Of a stretch of 64,000 nt of DNA, positions 1 through 8,228 are shown piece by piece. The notes under the pieces were generated by a model. It was not told where the DNA came from and searched no databases. It saw nothing but the letters and a program-made list of their open reading frames with translations. Location: NCBI RefSeq assembly GCF_003790525.1, contig NZ_CP033635.1; one strand, 5' to 3'. The stretch comes from Escherichia coli (GTDB lineage: Bacteria; Pseudomonadota; Gammaproteobacteria; Enterobacterales; Enterobacteriaceae). The position numbers and the translations under genes are program-made. Within the stretch, counting starts at the first letter, position 1; the number at the start of each line of letters is the position of its first letter.

Positions 1-38
1 GCTGCAGCGCCAGGTGGAAGAAGAGAACGTGGAGGGGC

Positions 39-773
39 GTGATGAATAATGATGCAGCACGTCAGGAGCAACTGATTAAACGGATAAGAAAACTGCTGGC
101 GCTGAGCCGGAATAACAGTAATCCCCATGAGGCAGGTCAGGCTCTTTCCCGCGCACAGGCGCTGATGCGGAAGCATGGTATCACCGAACTGGATGCTGAT
201 ATTTCGGTGATAAAAACCTCATCATCAAAGGGAGCACCGTCAGAAGCGGAAAAAGTTCCGGTATGGATGGGGCGTCTTATGAATGTTGTTGCAGGGGCAT
301 TCGGATGCCATACATACCTGGATTGGCGTATCACAACCGGAGGATACTGGCGGCGGATTGTCACATTTTATGGTTTTGGGGAGCGTCCGGTTGTGGCTGC
401 GTATGCCTTTGATGTTCTCTGCCGGCAGATGCAAAAGGCGACAAAAGAGTATCTCTCAACCCAGAGCCGGAAATTAAAACACTCAACCCGTCGTGCAAGA
501 GCTGCGATGTTTCGTGACGGCTGGGTTTATGGGGTGCGTGATGTGGTGGATGCATTCCGGCTCACGGAAGATGAGACGCGTGTAATGAATACGTGGCTGC
601 AGAACCAGCAATTTGAGGGAATGGTCGTCTTCCGGGAGGTAAAGGACTGCCATGGCGGTGACCATGCACGCTGGCAGGGATACAACGAGGGGAAAAAGGC
701 AACGCTGAATCACGGTGTTGGTTCCCGGGATCTGAGACCGGAAAGCCTGATATCAGGCGGAGGTGAGGTATGA
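39..773 (+). CDS. conserved island-associated hypothetical protein (DUF2786-like)
   Basis: 244-aa ORF; N-terminal basic helical region; resembles hypotheticals at the edge of SPI-7-type islands by recollection only. Confidence 0.35.
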   Translation: MMNNDAARQEQLIKRIRKLLALSRNNSNPHEAGQALSRAQALMRKHGITELDADISVIKTSSSKGAPSEAEKVPVWMGRLMNVVAGAFGCHTYLDWRITTGGYWRRIVTFYGFGERPVVAAYAFDVLCRQMQKATKEYLSTQSRKLKHSTRRARAAMFRDGWVYGVRDVVDAFRLTEDETRVMNTWLQNQQFEGMVVFREVKDCHGGDHARWQGYNEGKKATLNHGVGSRDLRPESLISGGGEV

Positions 774-1348
774 GTAATAACTTGTCACAGGCCACCAACG
801 GACTGTTGATGCAGCTGGTGATGGATCTCAAAAGTGGCTATCTGCGCCGCTGTGAAGCGCTGGGGCTTTCCCGGGAAGAAATGCAGATGCTGCAGGGGCT
901 GAGTATTGAGGAAATTCACTATCTGTCAAATTCAGAGGTGTCAGTGCTGCGGCTGGATATTAACCACAATAACCTTGTACGCATGCTGCAGCAGGCCAGG
1001 ACTGAACAGAAACGCCTGCAGCGAATCGATCGCGCTCTTGCACTGGGGGGATCGATTGAACTCATGGCGTTTTATTTTGGCCTTTCCAGTGTGGACGTTG
1101 CAGCACGGCGCCGTATTTCAGGAATTGATGTGCGCCCGGGGCGGGGTATCACACTCAGCGATGATGAAAACTCTGAACTCTGGAGACTGTGGCAGAAAGC
1201 AGGGATTAACGATGTGGAGAGCGCTGACGGGCTGGACGTCATGATGCTCTGTGCAGAGCAGATGAATATCCCGCTCACGGCCGTCTGGCATGCTGTCAGG
1301 GGGTGGCATACAGCCGGAAGCCCTGAACAGGTAAGGAATGCGTCATGA
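770..1348 (+). CDS. STY4526/YPO1902-family pathogenicity-island protein (putative)
   Basis: 192-aa ORF, start overlaps upstream stop (operon-like); family assignment from memory of N-terminal motifs. Confidence 0.4.
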   Translation: MSNNLSQATNGLLMQLVMDLKSGYLRRCEALGLSREEMQMLQGLSIEEIHYLSNSEVSVLRLDINHNNLVRMLQQARTEQKRLQRIDRALALGGSIELMAFYFGLSSVDVAARRRISGIDVRPGRGITLSDDENSELWRLWQKAGINDVESADGLDVMMLCAEQMNIPLTAVWHAVRGWHTAGSPEQVRNAS

Positions 1349-1593
1349 AGATGAAAGAGCTGGTTCCCGGTCTGCTGAGCTGTCCCGGGGTACCGCCAGC
1401 CTGCCAGCGGAAGGCGGTGGACCTCGTTAACCGGTTTCGTCGCGGGGAGAGGAATTACCATGAACTGAAGGAAAAGGGATTCGGGTATATCAAGATTAAT
1501 GTTGGTCCGGACTGGCGGTTACTGAGCAGGAACCGGGGACAAACCTGGGCGCTGTTGAGTCACGAGCGATACAACAATATGAGACTGAGGTAG
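1345..1593 (+). CDS. hypothetical small protein
   Basis: 82-aa ORF translationally coupled to upstream gene. Confidence 0.3.
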   Translation: MKMKELVPGLLSCPGVPPACQRKAVDLVNRFRRGERNYHELKEKGFGYIKINVGPDWRLLSRNRGQTWALLSHERYNNMRLR

Positions 1594-1772
1594 AGCAAAA
1601 TGACTGATTTTGGTTCAACTAAATATAACGCCAGTTTTGAAGAATGGCATGAAGTGTTAATGGACTATGCCGGGTTACGTGGTGGAAGTGCCGCCGATGC
1701 CGAAGCATGGCGCGATGACTATGAAGCTGGAAAAACGCCTGTCGAAGCATATTGCGATGAGTGGGGTGATGA

Positions 1773-1985
1773 ATGAGCAAAATTGACTATCAGGAGCTGC
1801 GTGAGGCGGCAGAAAAGGCAATGCATGACGACTGGGGATTTGACACGGACCTTTTCTATGAGCTGGTAGAACCATCGATTGTGCTGGCTCTGCTGGATGA
1901 ATGCGAGACGCTGGCAACTGAGAATGCGAAGCTGAAGACAGCACACCCTCAACTGTTCGGGAAAGCTGAAGGAGCGACAAAATGA
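1773..1985 (+). CDS. phage Ea22/ead-like small protein
   Basis: N-terminus MSKIDYQELREAAEKA resembles lambdoid early-region Ea22-type proteins. Confidence 0.3.
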   Translation: MSKIDYQELREAAEKAMHDDWGFDTDLFYELVEPSIVLALLDECETLATENAKLKTAHPQLFGKAEGATK

Positions 1986-2203
1986 GCAAGCCAACCGACG
2001 AAGAAATAGTTCGGGTGTTGGAAGAACACGGGCGCTGTATGACTTACGTCGTGACCAACTGGCTTAGGGATAAATATCGCACACTCAAAACGGCATACGT
2101 TTTGCGTCGTCTAAAGAAACTGGAGTTCGACGGGAAAGTAAAGCGCGTTAACAGTTCTTATATAAGACAAATTTGCTGGGAGGCAACCAGTGAGCGAGAT
2201 TGA
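1982..2203 (+). CDS. hypothetical small basic protein
   Basis: 73-aa ORF overlapping neighbours by 4 nt. Confidence 0.3.
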   Translation: MSKPTDEEIVRVLEEHGRCMTYVVTNWLRDKYRTLKTAYVLRRLKKLEFDGKVKRVNSSYIRQICWEATSERD

Positions 2204-2789
2204 TTATCAGGCGCTACGGGAACGTTATTCACCTAAGCCAGTACCTGAATGCTCTGTTTGTGGCGAGGAAATGTCAATACAGCGCATATCTGGAGCACAT
2301 GTTGTTTATGCCTGTTCCGGTGAGGGTGATGACGGATATTTTAAGATAGGGCGTACTTTTGCAGACGAACATTATGAAGAATCACGCGTAACAGTAGTTG
2401 ATGATAGTGATCCCGATGTGATTGCACTACTGGACGAACTGGAGGCAGCAAAATCAAAACTCAACGAGCAGCGTGAATATTACGAGGGAGTAATCGCGGA
2501 TGGGAGTAAGCGTATTGCAGAACTGGAAGCACGGGAAATAAAACCAGCCAAAGGCGAAGTTCTTGTCGTTGTATCTGGTTTTACTGGTTGCGGAAAAAGC
2601 GCCATTGCCGGGGAAATAGAAATCGCGATGAAGGCTATTGGTGTGCCGGTTCTATGGACTAATGGCGATGCGGAAAAGCGCATGACAGGAGCTGACTGGC
2701 TGACAGCGATTGAGATGTACAAACCAAATGTGCGCATCGTGGAAGTTAATGTGCCACGCGTCGCTGGCATTCGCACCAAAGGAGAGTGA
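2190..2789 (+). CDS. Ea22-like protein with Cys-pair and P-loop-like motif
   Basis: N-terminal MSEIDYQALRE, CSVCGEEM...YAC Cys pairs, coiled-coil segment, GFTGCGKS Walker-A-like motif. Confidence 0.35.
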   Translation: MSEIDYQALRERYSPKPVPECSVCGEEMSIQRISGAHVVYACSGEGDDGYFKIGRTFADEHYEESRVTVVDDSDPDVIALLDELEAAKSKLNEQREYYEGVIADGSKRIAELEAREIKPAKGEVLVVVSGFTGCGKSAIAGEIEIAMKAIGVPVLWTNGDAEKRMTGADWLTAIEMYKPNVRIVEVNVPRVAGIRTKGE

Positions 2790-2790
2790 T

Positions 2791-3306
2791 ATGGCGTTAA
2801 CACACCGCGAACTCTGTCAGATTGCGTACAAGTTCCTTAAGCGCAACGGGTTCAAGGTTTGTTTTCATGACCGCTTTATAGCTGTAACCAGTACCGGAGA
2901 GCAGCCAGATGCTATGGGATTCAGAAATTCAGCATCATGCCTGATAGAGGCGAAATGTTCTCGTGCTGACTTGTTGGCAGATAGAAAAAAGCGTTTTCGT
3001 AAAAATCCATCTCTTGGAATGGGCGACTGGCGATTCTTTATTAGTGAGCCGGGAATTATTTCAATTGAGGATTTACCACCTGGCTGGGGATTACTTCACG
3101 TTGTTAACGGAAGAGTACGGAAAGTACATGGGTGGCCCAGGGGTAATTGCTGTTGGGGTAATCCTGACGATAAGCCATTTACTGGAAATAAGCAGGTTGA
3201 ATGCGATTACATGTTATCTGCATTAAGGCGCATGGAGTTGAGAGGGCACCTTAATGAAATATATGACGGTGTAATTGTTAATAAGAAAGAAGGAAACGCA
3301 GCATGA
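2791..3306 (+). CDS. putative PD-(D/E)xK-type nuclease-like protein
   Basis: ATG at 2791 directly after upstream stop; motif PDAMGF ... LIEAKCSR fits D...(E)xK core; C-terminal Cys/Trp-rich tail. Confidence 0.3.
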   Translation: MALTHRELCQIAYKFLKRNGFKVCFHDRFIAVTSTGEQPDAMGFRNSASCLIEAKCSRADLLADRKKRFRKNPSLGMGDWRFFISEPGIISIEDLPPGWGLLHVVNGRVRKVHGWPRGNCCWGNPDDKPFTGNKQVECDYMLSALRRMELRGHLNEIYDGVIVNKKEGNAA

Positions 3307-3701
3307 TCACTATTACCAAAGAGCGACTGCTGACAATCCAGCAGTGGCGCGAAACATACGGACCTGGTAGCAACGTTGTATTGCCAGCAGAAGAAGCGGA
3401 AGAACTGGCACGAATTGCACTGGCATTGCTGGAAGCAGAACCGCTGGTGCCCGTCATGTATAAAGGAATGAAACTGTTAACAAAAGAGGGGCTTGAGCTT
3501 ATTCGTGACGGTATTGCTGAGGCTACAGGACTGGAAGCAATGTGTATGGCTGAGGCTTTGCTGTCTGGGGCGTCAGTGCCGTCAGTGCCAGAAGAAATGT
3601 ATTGGCAGGATGCGCCTGTTGGAGGCAGTAGCAAAGCAGCTGCATACGCGACAGGCTGGAATGCCTGTCGCGCCGCAATGCTTCAGGGAAAAGGAAAGTG
3701 A
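3303..3701 (+). CDS. hypothetical protein (paralog of 4134..4547)
   Basis: First ~47 aa nearly identical to the ORF at 4134. Confidence 0.4.
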   Translation: MITITKERLLTIQQWRETYGPGSNVVLPAEEAEELARIALALLEAEPLVPVMYKGMKLLTKEGLELIRDGIAEATGLEAMCMAEALLSGASVPSVPEEMYWQDAPVGGSSKAAAYATGWNACRAAMLQGKGK

Positions 3702-3703
3702 TA

Positions 3704-3924
3704 TGGCTAACTCGTTACTTGAAACCTGCAACAACTGGCAGATTCAGAGGGCGGAGATTTTATCTCGCAATCCAGATATGGCAATGACAATTGATAATCT
3801 GGACACGCTAATTGAACGGACCGTGCGTTCTGCAATTGATATAGCACATCGAGTGGATTGGGATTTCAGAGAAGCGGAGCGGCTTGCTAAAGAGCAGGAG
3901 AAAGCAGCGGGTAAAGGAGACTGA
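3704..3924 (+). CDS. hypothetical small protein
   Basis: ATG at 3704 preceded by AAGGAAAG; in frame within track ORF 3493..3924. Confidence 0.3.
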
Positions 3925-3925
3925 T

Positions 3926-4123
3926 ATGGATAAAAACACCACTGCTTACTGGAATCTGTCACTTGATACCGAATGCCCAAAATGCGGTCACAATTTCGAT
4001 CTGCTTTGTGATCCAGATTTCTGGGAATTTTCTGGAGCAAAACAGGCATGTGAAGAAATAAAAGGTTACGAAACATGCTGTCCAGAATGTAACCATGAAT
4101 TTAAAACAGATTTTGTGTATTGA
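3926..4123 (+). CDS. zinc-ribbon small protein
   Basis: CPKCGH ... CCPECNH Cys pairs; ATG at 3926 preceded by AAAGGAGA. Confidence 0.35.
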   Translation: MDKNTTAYWNLSLDTECPKCGHNFDLLCDPDFWEFSGAKQACEEIKGYETCCPECNHEFKTDFVY

Positions 4124-4133
4124 GGCATAACAA

Positions 4134-4547
4134 ATGACCACTATAACCAAAGAGCGACTGCTGACAATCAAGCAGTGGCGCGAAACATACGGACCGGGTA
4201 GCAACGTTGTACTGCCAGCAGAAGAAGCGGAAGAACTGGCACGGATTGTACTGGCATCGCTGGAAGCGGAACCGGTGGCGTGGATGTGTGATGACGAAGA
4301 TGGTCGTGAATATAACGGTCATAACGAGTTTTCTTATGGAAGACGCGGGATTCCCCTTTACGCCGTCCCGCCAGCGCCGAATGGATTGGTTAAAGCCGTA
4401 GCTTTCTATGAGCAGGTTAAACGTGAAAATCCGCCAGTTGAAACGGGAGCATGGAAAGACGCCGTTGACTGGGTGCTTAAACAAGCTTGTCAGGCTGTAA
4501 ACACTGGCATCAATGAAAGAAGAACAATTGAAGAAAATGATGATTGA
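4134..4547 (+). CDS. hypothetical protein (paralog of 3303..3701)
   Basis: Shared N-terminal module MTTITKERLLTIKQWRETYGPGSNVVLPAEEAEELARI. Confidence 0.4.
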   Translation: MTTITKERLLTIKQWRETYGPGSNVVLPAEEAEELARIVLASLEAEPVAWMCDDEDGREYNGHNEFSYGRRGIPLYAVPPAPNGLVKAVAFYEQVKRENPPVETGAWKDAVDWVLKQACQAVNTGINERRTIEENDD

Positions 4548-4595
4548 GCCGGAAGCAGCAAAAAAGCGCATTGCAGAACTGGAGGAGCGCCGGTC

Positions 4596-4811
4596 ATGAG
4601 AAAAATCAGTGGAATGTTGAACCTGGAGAAGGCCAGGATGCAGTTGCGTGTTTTGTTATCAGGACCGGTTCCTGCGATCACTCCGATGTCGCATGCCGTG
4701 GCAATTAAAGTTGTGCCTGATGCTCCGGATGCGAGTGAGCGGAGGGTGGCTGAACTGGAACAGGCCTGCGCTGCCGCGGGCATTCGTATCAAAGGGGAAC
4801 AAGTGAAATGA
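4596..4811 (+). CDS. hypothetical small protein
   Basis: 71-aa ORF in same-strand gene string. Confidence 0.25.
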   Translation: MRKISGMLNLEKARMQLRVLLSGPVPAITPMSHAVAIKVVPDAPDASERRVAELEQACAAAGIRIKGEQVK

Positions 4812-5029
4812 AACTGAAGATGCAGGCAATGGACGGCCCGGTGATTATAGAGAGTAGTGATGTGACACAGTTTTACCCTGACCATGAAAGTGGCGGGGAA
4901 CTCACCGCTGTTGAGTACCTTGCTGACGGGGGAAGAATCACCGCGAGGGTGAGTCACTCTTTTTATCAGGTTGCTGCGGCACTTGCCGGGGCATGGCGTG
5001 CGGATGATGCATCAAAAAGCGGTGGGTGA
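4808..5029 (+). CDS. hypothetical small protein
   Basis: 73-aa ORF overlapping upstream stop. Confidence 0.25.
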   Translation: MKLKMQAMDGPVIIESSDVTQFYPDHESGGELTAVEYLADGGRITARVSHSFYQVAAALAGAWRADDASKSGG

Positions 5030-5289
5030 GGACTGTGCCGGAATGATTGTCTGTTCCGAAGCTGCTGAACCGCGACATAAATTTTTTATGTTGCGGTGAA
5101 GCAGCCGGCAAACGAAGAGCGTCAGCGTATCAACAGTTAAGGAAAATATCTTCTGAAGCCGGACGCGACAGTCAGTCCGGTGGTGCTCGTGTGGTGAAGT
5201 GTTTAGCCTGCATCTTTGACAGGGTTCAGTTATAAGCATTTCGGAAACCGTTCCCCGGCGCAGTCTGCCGGGATTTAAGGAGTTTATTT

Positions 5290-6555
5290 ATGGCGCTACC
5301 TGCAGAAAGCCTTATTGCGCATACGCTCAGAAAAATGAAGGCCAGCATGGCAGAGAAAGCCAGTCGTGAGGACGGGAGGATACGCAGTGGGCTGTTGTTT
5401 ACCGGCAATGTTCACGATTCGTATCCCCGCAGGCTGTTGCTGGATACGCGCCTTTCTCCCCTTGATAAAACTGCGTGGATGATGATTCGTCTGCATGCCC
5501 TGAATAATGAGGGCGCAGTATTTCCGACGTACGATGAACTGCAGTTACAACTGGCATCTCCCGGGTGCGGGAAGGCGTCCCGTGAAACAGTGAGCCGGGT
5601 GCTGACAATGCTGCGGCTTACGGGCTGGCTGAGTCTGTGTAAGCGGGTCAGGGATGAAAAAGGGCGGGTCCGGGGGAATATTTACGCCCTGCATGATGAG
5701 CCACTGACCTGCTGTGATGCAGAAAAGTTTGACCCACGATACCTGGATATGGTTCTGGATACTGTGAGCAGGAGCCGGAACAAGACAATCCGGCACACAG
5801 CCAGTGAAGTGCTCAGTGATATCAAAAATGAGCCCGGTATGCGGCATTACCACAGCCATATCACTCTGTTTGAATCGCGTATGGGGGCAGCACAGACACC
5901 TGGTCAGCTGGCGGCGCGTCAGCGGGTGAACCCGATGGTGAATGAAAACACAGGCAGAGAGAGTGGTTCGGATTCCGTACATACCCCTGCACCTGTCGTG
6001 CAGGTAACCGAACTCAGTGCTCCGTTAACCGAACTCAGTGAAAAACAGGAAATGAGCCCACTCAGTTCGGATTCCGTACCGCCTGAAAAATCAGTAACTT
6101 ATCACTCGGTTCGGAAACCGAACAATTACGTACGTAATATCACACACAGTGTGATTAAAAATACGTACGTATTGCCTGAGTCGGTGAAATCGCAAATCAG
6201 CACAGAAGACACGGACATGCTGACAAAACAACTGCAGGCGTTGCCGGAAGAACTGGCAGGTAGTGTGCTGAGCAGCCTGTCACAGATGCTCAGCAAAAAC
6301 ACGCTCCAGAATCCGGTTGGCTGGATGCTGGCTGTGATGAAACGTGCGCGTGAGGGAAGTTTTAATACGCCGGATATGTCCGTGCATGAATCCCGGTCGC
6401 CAGCCCGTGCACCATATCAGCCTGTGTACAACCGTGATGAACGTGAACGTCGTCGCAGGAAAGTGGCGTCACCTGAAACGGTGAGCAACATTGTCGCAGA
6501 ATTCCGTGCCAGCCTGAAACGTGCAAATGCTGCCCGTCTGGCGGCGCGTGTTTGA
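5290..6555 (+). CDS. STY4528-family pathogenicity-island replication protein (putative)
   Basis: 421-aa ORF with AGGAG RBS; family name from memory; immediately followed by iteron-like tandem array. Confidence 0.45.
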   Translation: MALPAESLIAHTLRKMKASMAEKASREDGRIRSGLLFTGNVHDSYPRRLLLDTRLSPLDKTAWMMIRLHALNNEGAVFPTYDELQLQLASPGCGKASRETVSRVLTMLRLTGWLSLCKRVRDEKGRVRGNIYALHDEPLTCCDAEKFDPRYLDMVLDTVSRSRNKTIRHTASEVLSDIKNEPGMRHYHSHITLFESRMGAAQTPGQLAARQRVNPMVNENTGRESGSDSVHTPAPVVQVTELSAPLTELSEKQEMSPLSSDSVPPEKSVTYHSVRKPNNYVRNITHSVIKNTYVLPESVKSQISTEDTDMLTKQLQALPEELAGSVLSSLSQMLSKNTLQNPVGWMLAVMKRAREGSFNTPDMSVHESRSPARAPYQPVYNRDERERRRRKVASPETVSNIVAEFRASLKRANAARLAARV

Positions 6556-7381
6556 TGGTTAAAAATCGTACGGTGTTGGCAGTGCCAACAGTGGTTAAAA
6601 ATTGTGCGGTGTTGGCAGTGCCAACAGTGATTAAAAAATGTACGGTGTTGGCAGTGCCAACAGTGGTTAAAAATTGCGCGGTGTTGGCAGTGCCAACAGC
6701 GGTTAAAAAGTGTACGGCGTTGGCAGTGCCAACAGTGATTGAAAAATGTACGGTGTTGGCAGTGCCAACAGTGATTAAAAAATGTACGGTGTTGGCAGTG
6801 CCAACGGTGATTAAAAAATGTACGGTGTTGGCAGTGCCAACAGTGGTTAAAAATTGCGCGGTGTTGGCAGTGTCAACAGTGGTTAAAAATTGTGCGGTGT
6901 TGGCAGTGCCAACAGTGATTAAAAAATGTACGGTGTTGGCAGTGCCAACAGTGGTTAAAAATTGCGCGGTGTTGGCAGTGCCAACAGCGGTTAAAAAGTG
7001 TACGGCGTTGGCAGTGCCAACAGTGATTGAAAAATGTACGGTGTTGGCAGTGCCAACAGTGATTAAAAAATGTACGGTGTTGGCAGTGCCAACGGTGATT
7101 AAAAAATGTACGGTGTTGGCAGTGCCAACAGTGGTTAAAAATTGCGCGGTGTTGGCAGTGCCAACAGTGGTTAAAAATTGTGCGGTGTTGGCAGTGCCAA
7201 CAGTGATTAAAAAATGTACGGTGTTGGCAGTGCCAACAGCGGTTAAAAAGTGTACGGCGTTGGCAGTAGCAACAGCGATTAAAAAATGTACGGTGTTGCC
7301 AGTGGCAACAGTGGTTAAAAAGTGTCCGGCGTTGCCAGTGGCAACAGTGTTTGAAAATTGTACTGAGTTGGCACTGCCAAC
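6556..7381. repeat. tandem array of ~23 x 36-bp repeats, each with a 17-bp palindrome TGTTGGCA-G-TGCCAACA (iteron/centromere-like)
   Basis: Read directly: 36-bp period (palindromes at 6574-6590, 6610-6626, ...), unit GTTAAAAATTGYRCGG + palindrome; last copies carry symmetric variant TGTTGCCA-G-TGGCAACA. Confidence 0.9.
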
Positions 7382-7486
7382 ATGACGTAATTTCAGTCAT
7401 TCCTTTTTTTATTTTTGATTGTCAGATCTCCGTCTGCAGGCTGACTATTTCAGCCCGATATCCTTTTCTTTTGCCGGAGATATAAC

Positions 7487-8212
7487 ATGTCTGAAGAACA
7501 AATGAAGGAACCCGCATCCCGTCGTGTAGGTGCGCTTACTTCACCAGTGAATATCGAGTTGCACTCCCGTTATGCAATCATGCTGTGGGAAGGGAGACGA
7601 GGCACGAAAAGTAAAAGTGCTGAAGATCGCAGGGCAGCGAAAATAATGAGTATGCCGGAAGCTATTAAGATGACTGGCGGCCTCTACAGAGATTCTCTTG
7701 CTGATAATCCCTATGCGGATGAAACGATGTGGAAAGTTGAAAATGCGATTGTTGAGGCAACCGATAAAATTAATGCTGAAGTTCGTGTACTTGAAGGGAT
7801 CCTCAGAAATATTCCGTCAGTGATCACTGTCCGGGATGCTCTTTCTCGTTCTCCTGTCGATATTGGGGTTTTCAGCCGCTCTCCTCTGGGCTACCGCTGT
7901 GTATGGCTTCTTGTCGGGTATGATCAGCTTGCATTAAAAACGTTTCAGGCAGCACATCTGGGGCTTATTTCACGAAACAGGCGTGATGAGTTGTTGTCTT
8001 CTGGTGCGCATCTTATCCGCAAAATTTACGGTATTCTGCAGGGGTATCGCACTATGGCGGTAACTCGGGATGATATTGAGAATAAAACAGAAAAGGCAGA
8101 GAAAGCTATTGCCCGTTATGGTATGCCTCATGATGATATTCTATCCGGTAAGCTCAGATCTTCATTTTCTCCGCCCCTGAACCGTAAGTCCCGTGATGCA
8201 TCCCGGCAATGA
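7487..8212 (+). CDS. conserved ICE-associated protein
   Basis: 241-aa ORF between repeat array and topB; position conserved in this island class by recollection. Confidence 0.4.
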   Translation: MSEEQMKEPASRRVGALTSPVNIELHSRYAIMLWEGRRGTKSKSAEDRRAAKIMSMPEAIKMTGGLYRDSLADNPYADETMWKVENAIVEATDKINAEVRVLEGILRNIPSVITVRDALSRSPVDIGVFSRSPLGYRCVWLLVGYDQLALKTFQAAHLGLISRNRRDELLSSGAHLIRKIYGILQGYRTMAVTRDDIENKTEKAEKAIARYGMPHDDILSGKLRSSFSPPLNRKSRDASRQ

Positions 8213-8228
8213 CAGGTGAGGAGAATTC

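Noticed and set aside
6556-7381. CRISPR array
   Set aside because: Repeat units are contiguous with no unique spacers between them and no cas genes nearby.
6552-7385. 277-aa ORF encoding a 12-residue repeat protein (VKNCAVLAVPTV)n, and the antisense 175-aa ORF 6873..7400
   Set aside because: Both strands are open only because the DNA is a 36-bp (12-codon) tandem repeat; the palindromic unit and symmetric variants point to DNA-level selection, and no RBS or start context is evident. Treated as translation artefacts of the repeat array.
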